Of a DNA stretch of 64,000 bases, positions 56,032-64,000 are shown one piece after another. This DNA comes from Rebecca billardiae RCC1528 (Eukaryota; Protista; Haptophyta): assembly GCA_965240325.2 (NCBI GenBank), contig OZ251226.1, positions 1,178,001 through 1,242,000 of the forward strand, read 5' to 3'. The number at the start of each line of letters is the position of its first letter. The stretch's first letter is position 1. A program made the translations under genes and the position numbers. The notes under the pieces were generated by a model. The model saw nothing but the letters and a program-made list of their open reading frames with translations. It did not search any database and was not told the origin of the DNA.

Positions 56032-57327
56032 TCAGAATGAAGTCTCAGACGACAGATCGAATGACATCACGGTCCAACGGTCGTCGTCAGATTCAGCGTG
56101 TGTGTCACCGTGTGGCGGTTGCATTCGGCAACCTGCCCCGTTGCCTCTTTCGAGTCTGGACTCTCCGGGGCTGTGGTAACGCGCTTCTGAGCCACCAGCA
56201 TCGACCCAGGCCCTCCTCGCCATCACCACAGGTACGACTTGCGGTTGCTGCCGTCGTGCTCCCGCCGCCATCGATGATGATGGTAGACCTGGTATCTCAT
56301 TGACCACCCCGCCATCAACCGAATGGATTGCGCCATCTGGCGAGCGCCAGCGGACGATGCTGACTGCGACCAGCGGCGGCGGCGGTGAGGGCAGCTGCGG
56401 GGCGGCGTCCGACACAGCCGCAATGCGGCTGGAATGTTTGTGCCGTCGCTTCGCGGCGCGCATGCCCTGGTCGCCGGTGCCATGCTCCAGCCTGCGCTTG
56501 GGGGAGTCAAGCTGACTGCCCACCATGCAGGCCAGCTTGTGCGTAGCGCACCGGCTGGCGCGCGCGTCACCCGGCATGCGGAATGAAGGCTCCTTGGTGC
56601 AGCCCGCGTGATCACACCTGGTGTGCACCACGTCGACCATGCTGGCCAGCTTGTGCGCAGCGCACCGGCTGGCGCGCGCGTCACCCGGCATGCCGAATGA
56701 AGGCTCCTTGGTGCAGCCCGCGTGATCACACCTGGTGTGCACCACGTCGACCATGCTGGCCAGCTTGTGCGCAGCGCACCGGCTGGCGCGCGCGTCGCCC
56801 GGCATGCCGAATGAAGGCCGTGTGGTGCAGCCCGCGTGATCACACATGCGGCTCCTCAAGCCGACCATGCCGGCCAGCTTGTGCGTAGCGCACCGGCTGC
56901 ACGCGTCGCCTGGCATGCGGAATGAAGGCTGCGTGGTGCAGCCCGCGTGATCACACGTGCGGCTCCTCACGCCGACCATGCCGGCCAGCTTGTGCGTAGC
57001 GCACCGGCTGGCGCGCGCATCGCCCGGCATGCGGAATGAAGGCTCCTTGGTGCAGCCCGCGTGATCACACCTACACCTGGTGTGCACCACGTCGACCATG
57101 CTGGCCAGCTTGTGCGCAGCGCACCGGCTGGCGCGCGCGTCGCCCGGCATGCCGAACGAAGCCCGTGTGGTGCAGCCCGCGTGATCACACTTGCGGCTCC
57201 TCACGTCGACCATGCCGACCAGCTTGTGGGCAGCGCACCGGCTGGCGCGCGCGTCGCCTGGCATGCCGAATGAAGGCTGCGTGTTGCAGGTCGGGTGATC
57301 ACACTTGGGGCGCTTCACGTCGACCAT
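56032..57327 (-). CDS. EsV-1-7-type cysteine-rich repeat protein, possibly 5'-truncated
   Basis: Seven repeats of about 38 aa, CDHAGCTxxPSFxMPGDARASRCAxHKLxxMVDV, plus a partial repeat upstream of the ATG; NLS-like PKRR and AKRR. Confidence 0.8.
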   Translation of the reverse strand: MVDVKRPKCDHPTCNTQPSFGMPGDARASRCAAHKLVGMVDVRSRKCDHAGCTTRASFGMPGDARASRCAAHKLASMVDVVHTRCRCDHAGCTKEPSFRMPGDARASRCATHKLAGMVGVRSRTCDHAGCTTQPSFRMPGDACSRCATHKLAGMVGLRSRMCDHAGCTTRPSFGMPGDARASRCAAHKLASMVDVVHTRCDHAGCTKEPSFGMPGDARASRCAAHKLASMVDVVHTRCDHAGCTKEPSFRMPGDARASRCATHKLACMVGSQLDSPKRRLEHGTGDQGMRAAKRRHKHSSRIAAVSDAAPQLPSPPPPLVAVSIVRWRSPDGAIHSVDGGVVNEIPGLPSSSMAAGARRQQPQVVPVVMARRAWVDAGGSEARYHSPGESRLERGNGAGCRMQPPHGDTHAESDDDRWTVMSFDLSSETSF

Positions 57328-57560
57328 GCCGGCCAGCTTGTGCGTAGCGCACCGGCTGGCACGCGCGTCGCCCGCGGCTTAGCCCGGGCGGGCGCGCGAT
57401 GAGGTGAAGAGCTCGGGCGCCCAGCCGTGTCGTCGCGTCGGCAGCGAATCTGCTTGATGGGCGCCTCCGCCGCTGGTTCTTCGCACGCGTGCGCTTCCAT
57501 CTGCTGCTGCAACTGCGCCGGGATGGCTGCTCTGGCTGGCGCGGCGGCGTCGCCTGCCGG

Positions 57561-58565
57561 ATGAGACCGCCCTCGGTGGTGTGGGCCGGTGGTCGGACCG
57601 TGTGCCGCATCCTGGGCGTGTGCGGGCTCCTCTTCGCGCCGAAGCCCGAGCTCGACGCGGACACCCTCGCCGTCGGCCCCAGCTACCCCGCGCCGCACGT
57701 GCTGCTCACGGTCGAGACTCCTGATGCTATCTGGGTGCACTGCTCCGTGCCCAAGAGCGGCTCGGCCAGCATGGGGCGGCTGGTGCGCGACAAGGCGATC
57801 GTGCGGATGGGCGACACGGAGAGCTCGAAGAACGTCAGCCGATGCGCGCCCGCCGCGCCCTCCGCCGAGTGCCCGTGCACGTGGGTGTCGTGCCCGGGCA
57901 AGCAGCTACTCGGCAAGGAGCTGCTGCGGACGACGCTCGTGCGCAACCCATACGCGCGCTTCCTCTCGGCGTACACCGAGAAGTTCGAGCGGCACAAGGG
58001 CGCGCTGCGCCGCTGGGCGCGCGAGATCCCGGCCGGGCAGCCCATCCGCCTCGACCCGCTCACGCTGCAGCACACAAAGGTCCGGGACGGCGTCATGGCG
58101 CTCGTGAGCTCGGGCGTGCGAGCCAACGAGCTCCTGCCGACGCTGCTCGAGCTGAGTCCGGTGGCGGTGGCGGAGGCGATGGTCTGGGCGCTGCGCCGCG
58201 CGCCGCAGCACGCGCGCACGATGGACCGGCACGTCCGCCCCTTCGTCTTCGAGTGCCACCTCGACCAGCTTGTCCCGGACTATGTGGGGCGGCTTGAGCG
58301 GATGGCCGACCTCGCGCGCATGCTCTCGCTCCGCGGCGTCCTCGCGCTCAACGGCACGTCGGCGGCGGTGTTCGCGCGCAAGTACCACCGGAATCGGAGC
58401 CGAGGCGTGCCTGGCGAGGCGCTGCCGCCCGCGCACGTGTGCGAGGAGTACCCCGCCGGGCTGCGCGCGCTCGTCGACGAGCTGTACGCCGTGGACTTTG
58501 CGTACATCTCTCGGTGGGGCCTCTACACCGAGGACGAGCTGTGGCCGTGCGCGCGGAGGGCGTGA
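57561..58565 (+). CDS. Carbohydrate sulfotransferase (Sulfotransfer_2/CHST-like)
   Basis: VPKSGSAS, VRNPYARFLSAY, DRHVRP, DYVGRLE, LYAVDF; N-terminal anchor. Confidence 0.88.
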   Translation: MRPPSVVWAGGRTVCRILGVCGLLFAPKPELDADTLAVGPSYPAPHVLLTVETPDAIWVHCSVPKSGSASMGRLVRDKAIVRMGDTESSKNVSRCAPAAPSAECPCTWVSCPGKQLLGKELLRTTLVRNPYARFLSAYTEKFERHKGALRRWAREIPAGQPIRLDPLTLQHTKVRDGVMALVSSGVRANELLPTLLELSPVAVAEAMVWALRRAPQHARTMDRHVRPFVFECHLDQLVPDYVGRLERMADLARMLSLRGVLALNGTSAAVFARKYHRNRSRGVPGEALPPAHVCEEYPAGLRALVDELYAVDFAYISRWGLYTEDELWPCARRA

Positions 58566-59115
58566 GCCCGCCGCCGCAGCGGGGGCTGCAGGCGGGTGCG
58601 CGGGGCCGTGGGGCGGCACGGGTGGTGCGCCAGGGTGCGCCTCTCCGACGACTGGGTGGGCGATCCGTGCACGCTCGAACGCTGCCGGTCTGCTGTCAGG
58701 CGCGTCGCACGTGTTGCCACCTCAGGTCCGAGGACCGAGTCCGCGAGTCGTACGGTAGTCCGACTCCGTCTCCGAGACCGAGTCGGGCTACTCACCTACT
58801 ACTAACTAGCAGCCTCAGACTAGCATGTGAGTGACTCGCTACTTATTCGATTCTACTGCGCCTTGGTAATTACCGCTGGAGCGCAACGTTGCATGATGTG
58901 CAGCCGCACGCGTGCAGCAGACGAATTATAACGTGCGCGTCTAGGTGCGTCGGCCGCGCGCAGGCCGGAGCCATTCAGCCAGGACGGGCGCGCGAGCCGA
59001 ATCCCGTGGCGCAGCGCGCCGCGACCGGCATCCGGACGAGGGCTGCCACGTGCACCGTCGGCGCTCCTTCCTTGTCGCATCATCATCAACGGCGGCGCGC
59101 AGCCGACGAGCGCTG

Positions 59116-61270
59116 CTAGTGCTCCCCCTGCCAGCCGGCCATGAGCGCCATGACCTTGGCCACGGCATCGATCTCTGATGCTGTGCGAGCAGCAGCACTC
59201 GTCGCGCCGCCGACGATGGCAGCGTGCTCGGGAGCTGCCACGAGTGCTGCTGATGGCTGCGCACCGCCACCCTCGTCGAGCCGCTGCCGCTTCGCCGCGC
59301 GGCCGTGCTCCGCGCGGTACTTATCCACGAGCTTGCGCACCTGCGAGACGCACGGCGGGGCGCGTCACGCAGCGTAGGTCAGCGGGCGTGCCACCGCCCA
59401 GCCTCAGCCCCTCCCACCCGCCACCACGGACAGCGCGCACCGTCCAGTTGGGCTGGAGCGCGGCCGAGTCGATGCGCTGGTTAGTGAGCGGCGACCTGGG
59501 CGTCGGGCCACACCGCCACAGCCAGTGCTCCACCGCCACCTTGGAGTACGTGTGACCGTCGCCGAACAGGACGACGGCCTCATCGAAAAGCTCGAGCGTG
59601 ATCGGGCACACCAGTTCCTCGGGCAGCGGGGCATGCGCGCCCGACACGCGCCGCATGCGCGTGGCGAGTTCAGTCTTGAGCCGCGCACGCACCGCCTGGT
59701 GGCGCTCGCACACGGCGTGCAGCGCACCGCCGGTGTCGATCAGCCGCTCGAGCTGCGTGAAGCTGAGCTGCGCGAGGTCGAGCGCGGCGAGCACGGCGGC
59801 CGCGTCCTCCTCCGCGTTGGCCAGCATCCACGGCGCGAGCGCGCACACGACCGCCTCCTCATCCTCCGCGTGCAGATCGGTGCGCGCCACGAGCCGCTCA
59901 AGCGCGGCGCGCGGAAGCTCCGAGTACGCCGGCAGCGTGTGCAGCGAGGTGATGGCGTGCGCGGCGCGGCGCAGCAGCACCTCGCCGATCGTGCTGTCGA
60001 GCACGCTCGGATCGTCCGGCTGTGCGGCAGCTGCCGCGAGCAGGCGGCACAGCTGCGGTGCACACGGGCCCTTCGCCACAGCGGACGGCACACCGCGCCG
60101 GTGCGCGAGCCACTGAGCGATTGCGTCGAGCTGCAGCGACGTGCACGGCCTGCGCACGGTGACCGTGAGCTGCACCACGTCGTCATCAGCATTGAGCACG
60201 CCTCGGTTGCGCAGCGCAGCCACGGTCCAGGCATGCTCGAAGCCCCAGTCGGGCACGCCATTATAAGCAGCGTTCCAGGCTTCGACATTAACCATGCCTG
60301 ATGAGGCGGTGCGCTCTCCACTGCTCCCTCGCGCTGTGAAGCAGAACTCGGCACTGACAGGCCGCCGCAGGTTGAGCGGAGCAAGGTAGGCGCCGATGCC
60401 GATGCAATGCAGGTCAGCGTTCATACTGCTCTTCAACCGCAGTTTCCAGCGACAGGTCTTGCCGAGGTCATCGACGAGGGCTGCGAAGTCGAGATCGCAC
60501 CAATCGACTGCGCCCACTTCGAGATTCAGCGGCGGGCTGGTGGCGTCTGGCTGCGCGTCGAGCACATCCGCAGGCAGCAGCTCGAACAGCTGGCCGAAGG
60601 CCCGAGCTCCGAGCGCAAGTGTTCCTGGTGCGTGCAGCAAGCTGTTGATCTGGATGGAAAATGGCTTCTCCACGTGCGATTGCCACATCGCTTGGCACAC
60701 CAACTTGCGCAAGTCGTAGCTGCGAGCCAGCACGCGCGGGCTGGTCGCGAGCTCGAGCAGGCGGCAGCATGCCCCGTGGCCCATCTGCCTGAGGCACCGC
60801 AGCACATGACCCACCGCTGAGTGCGCGAGCCATTCCATGTCCAGCTCCAGCGCGAGCTCGAGCAGCTCGACGTACGCGTTGCCGCCATCCGCTGACGCAG
60901 AGGCCTCGCCGAGAGCGGGCAGCTCCTTCGTCTCGAGCGCGTGCGCGAAGAGGTGCATCGCGAGCATGCCGCACTGGACCGGCAGCTTGCAAACGCCGTC
61001 CGAGTGGGCCGCGTCGTTCACGAGTGCCCGAAGCGGCTCGGGCTCGCCTGTGAACCATGCGCGGCGCACAGGTACACGGCACGCCATCTCCAGGCGCGCA
61101 TGCAGAACGCGCTTGTCGCCGTCCGTCTGCGCCATCGCCTTCGCAAGCGCGTCACGCAGCTGCTCACGTGTGGCTGTGGCATCCACGCGCGGCGCGAGCC
61201 ACAGCTCGGGCGGGTTGAATGTGCTCGCCGCCAGAGCGCCGGCGGGAGGCGTCGTCGGTGGGCGTGCCAT
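59116..61270 (-). CDS. U-box protein with MATH-like, BACK-like and possible SAP-like regions
   Basis: U-box PEELVCPITLELF...DGHTYS...SPLTN...PNWTVRKLV across intron 59341-59440; BACK-like LVARTDLHAEDEEAVVCALAPW; MATH-like WKLRL...AYL...DWGF...LTVTV. Confidence 0.82.
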
Positions 61271-61547
61271 CGAGTTGAAAGTCGTTGGCCAAGTCCCGCT
61301 CGCCAACCACCCTTGCGCTCGCCAGCACGGCTCGGTCCTGGTCATGAATGCACCCGGTGCCGGCCGGCGGATCTGAAAGCGGCGCTGATTAAAACATTTG
61401 ATCCGGACCGGACAAGGTGACGACGATGAAGCGCTTTTCCTCGGACTCTTGGTAGAAGGGGCAGAAAATCCACGCGCCCGTCCGCACGCGTCCGAAGGCG
61501 CGGCCCGAACAAGACCTAGACCCGGCCGGCGCCCCCGTCGACGCGGA

Positions 61548-62219
61548 ATGACAAAGTACGCGGTGCTCGGCAGCGGGATGGTGGGCCAAGAGCTCGGAGC
61601 AAAGCTTGTCTCGCTCGGCCACGAAGTGTGGATGGGCTCGCGCACCGCTGACAACGAGGCTGGCGCCGGGTTCGTCAAGGAGGCAGGCGCGCCGCTGGCG
61701 CATCAGGCAACGTTTGCTGACGCATGCGGCGCTGCCGAGATTGCCATCCTCGCGGTGAAGGGGGACATCGCCATGGTTGTCCTTGATTCGATCGGCTCAG
61801 CTCTTGACGGGAAGATCCTCATCGATCTCACCAACCCGCTCGACTTTTCGAAGGGGTTTCCGCCCACGCTCTTCCACTGCAACGACGACTCACTCGGCGA
61901 GCGCGTTCAGAAGAAGCTGCCGAATGTCAAGGTAGTCAAGACGCTCAACACGTGCACGGCGTCCATCATGGTGGACCCGGGCAAGCTGAGCGAGCCGACC
62001 GACCTCTTCATCTCTGGGAACGACGCCGACGCGAAGGCGACCGTGGTGAAGCTGCTCAAGGCGTTTGGCCACAGCGATCCGATCGATCTCGGAGATATCT
62101 CCCAGGCGCGCGGGCAGGAGGCGTGGCTGCTGCTGTGGACGCGGCTGTACGGGGTGCTTGGCACGGGCGAGTTCAACCTCAAGCTCGTGCGCACGGCGAA
62201 TGCAAAGGCCTCGACATGA
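61548..62219 (+). CDS. NADP oxidoreductase, F420_oxidored family
   Basis: AVLGSGMVG, GKILIDLTNPL, SLGERVQ, VVKTLNT, ISGNDADAK, IDLGDI; no intron seen. Confidence 0.92.
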   Translation: MTKYAVLGSGMVGQELGAKLVSLGHEVWMGSRTADNEAGAGFVKEAGAPLAHQATFADACGAAEIAILAVKGDIAMVVLDSIGSALDGKILIDLTNPLDFSKGFPPTLFHCNDDSLGERVQKKLPNVKVVKTLNTCTASIMVDPGKLSEPTDLFISGNDADAKATVVKLLKAFGHSDPIDLGDISQARGQEAWLLLWTRLYGVLGTGEFNLKLVRTANAKAST

Positions 62220-62485
62220 GACGCTCGCGCTGGCGATAGGACACTCAGCGGAGACTGAAACGCAGTCGCCGGAGGCCAGTGGCGCTGTAAGGCGAGGCAA
62301 ACTGTCAGACGCGAGAAGTCACCGCCGAGCGGCTCCGCATCGCCCTGCTCTATACTCGTAATAGTGTGGCGGTGCTCTCTGAGTGAGGCTGAGCCGCCCT
62401 GTCAAGATCAATTGGTTCCTTTGCTGGCAATCGGCGGGCCGGGCGGGCGGATGCACCGGCCGACCTCGCAACCCAGGCGAAGGAC

Positions 62486-63666
62486 GTGCCCCTCACGCTC
62501 CCGATTAGCCCCACGATGACGCCCGTGCAGTTCCACAGGGCCCTCTACGAGCAGATCGTGCCCGACATCAACAAGTACGTGACCAACGGTGAGCACGTCG
62601 AGACCAACATCTACGCCGGCGGTGTGAACCTGATCTTCCTCCGCCTGCGTTTCATGCCCATCGACCCCGAGCGCCCCATCTTCTTCGCGCCGCTCAAGCC
62701 GAGCCGCCGCATCGCCGGCGCCGCCCGCGTCCCGCACAACCGTTGGGGCGTGCCGCCCGCGCCGCCCGCGCCGCCCGCCGCTGCGCGCCGCCCTGCTCCT
62801 CAGCCGGCCGACCAACAGGCGGCGGACCCCGCCGGCCCGGAGGCGGAGGAGTCCGAGGGGGGGGTTTCCGACGGTGCCATCCCGCCACCCCAGCCGCCAA
62901 CCGCGGCCGCGCCGTCGGACGGGCCCGAGGTGCAACAGGCCAGGCCGGTGCTCGGGGAGTCCAACAACCGCTTGGTGCTGCTCCCCGGCGCCGCGGCGGC
63001 TGGCAAGCGCGCGGTGGCCGAGCCGTCCACGCCGGCGGTGGAGGGTGGGCCTCCCTCCGCCGGCGGGGGCGACGCCAAGCTGCCCAAGCAGGCCCGCACC
63101 GACCCCCCCGGCGCCGCCCCCCGTGCTCTGGCTGCTGCCGCGCCGTTGTCGCTGGCCTAGAGCCGCGCGCGGCGCTGGCGCGCCAGGTGCGCCCAGCCGG
63201 GCAGGGCAGGCATCCTGATCGTCAGCGGCCAGGGCGACGACATCCTCAACGGCAAGGGCGACGACTTCCTCTGCGGCCAGGGCGACGACTTCCTCAACGG
63301 CAAGGACGACGACTTCCTCAACGGCAAGGGCGACTACTCCCTCAACTCGGCAAGGCCACTAGGCCGCGCACACCGGCCCGGGCGACCACACCCACTACCT
63401 GCACTACGGCATCAGTGACTTGAACAGCCTCGGTCGACGACGCGGGCAACTACATGATGACCAAGGCCGACGACGACTGCAAAACAGCGGCATCCCCGGG
63501 CGCCTACTACCTCAGTGACCATGTGCTCAGCATCGGATACGACGACTCCCTCACTCCCGCGGCCAACGCGCTCCGACATCCTCCATTGAACTCCATTCAG
63601 TACTTCGACAGACGAATCAGGAGAGCTGCGCCCTCGTGCCTGTGTCTTTAAATCATAGAATTAGTC
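62486..63666 (+). other. Probable degenerate mobile-element fragment ending in the shared 59-nt motif
   Basis: ORF 62486-63160 begins at GTG; the same frame continues past TAG into 24-nt repeats (about 63226-63345); ends with 63608-63666, identical to 6765-6823. Confidence 0.45.
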
Positions 63667-63832
63667 TCCGAGTGCTTCCGGCCTTGATCTGCATGCCGAG
63701 TTGATATCACAGTCAAAAAAGTGCTCGACTTTGGCCAAAAGTTTGATAGTCAGATACTGGAGCGCGGTTCGAATTTGGGCCGCCGCGCGATGCACGCGCA
63801 GTCCAAATCACGCGCGATCAGCAGGGCGGCCA

Positions 63833-64000
63833 ATGTTCGCCCAGCAGGCGGCAACGGCCTCGCTGCGCGCCGGACATGACGACGAGGACGCGGCGCACGC
63901 CAACGGCGCGCGGTACGTTGCGCTTTCACACGGCCGAGAGGGCGCGCGCGTGCTCCTCACCGCGCGGCAGAACTACCACGGCGAGCAGGGCACGCGTGGG
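63833..64000 (+). CDS. Possible start of a hypothetical protein truncated by the window edge
   Basis: ATG at 63833 with an open frame to the end (MFAQQAATASLRAG...). Confidence 0.3.
   Translation, partial: MFAQQAATASLRAGHDDEDAAHANGARYVALSHGREGARVLLTARQNYHGEQGTRG

Noticed and set aside
1405-58565. Sulfated-glycan gene cluster (two sulfotransferases, two sugar transporters, a GT-like protein)
   Set aside because: The genes are scattered among unrelated housekeeping genes and belong to large families; there is no evidence of clustering.

Overview
GC-rich, intron-containing eukaryotic nuclear DNA. The gene content, short GC-rich introns with mostly GTGCG donors, and tight head-to-head gene pairs suggest a haptophyte alga, possibly Pavlovales-like (inference only). 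About 25 protein-coding genes are supportable: two sulfotransferases, a flavin amine oxidase, a SPRY/Ser-Pro protein, DUF1415, IPK1, an F-box/LRR protein, a 22x93-bp repeat coiled-coil protein, a DHHC acyltransferase, two nucleotide-sugar transporters, a single-domain PDI, a 3HCDH-RING fusion, a MetF-like protein, SBDS, myosin, an ICMT/PEMT-family protein, an EsV-1-7 repeat protein, a U-box protein and an F420-type NADP oxidoreductase. The most notable signal is a non-autonomous element family with two complete copies (38445-40520, 52706-54451) and two partial copies. It has asymmetric 12-bp inverted repeats, hairpins at both ends and a (TA)n end, resembling Helitron2/Helentron (HINE) elements. 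Each complete copy carries a different, internally duplicated, GC-rich cargo that looks captured from host genes. Also present are a non-LTR retrotransposon 3' fragment whose terminal stem-loop occurs three times, a second shared 59-nt element end, a 1.26-kb tandem duplication, and intergenic DNA that appears built from locally recycled short words and palindromes. All calls come from reading the sequence by eye; no database searches were run.
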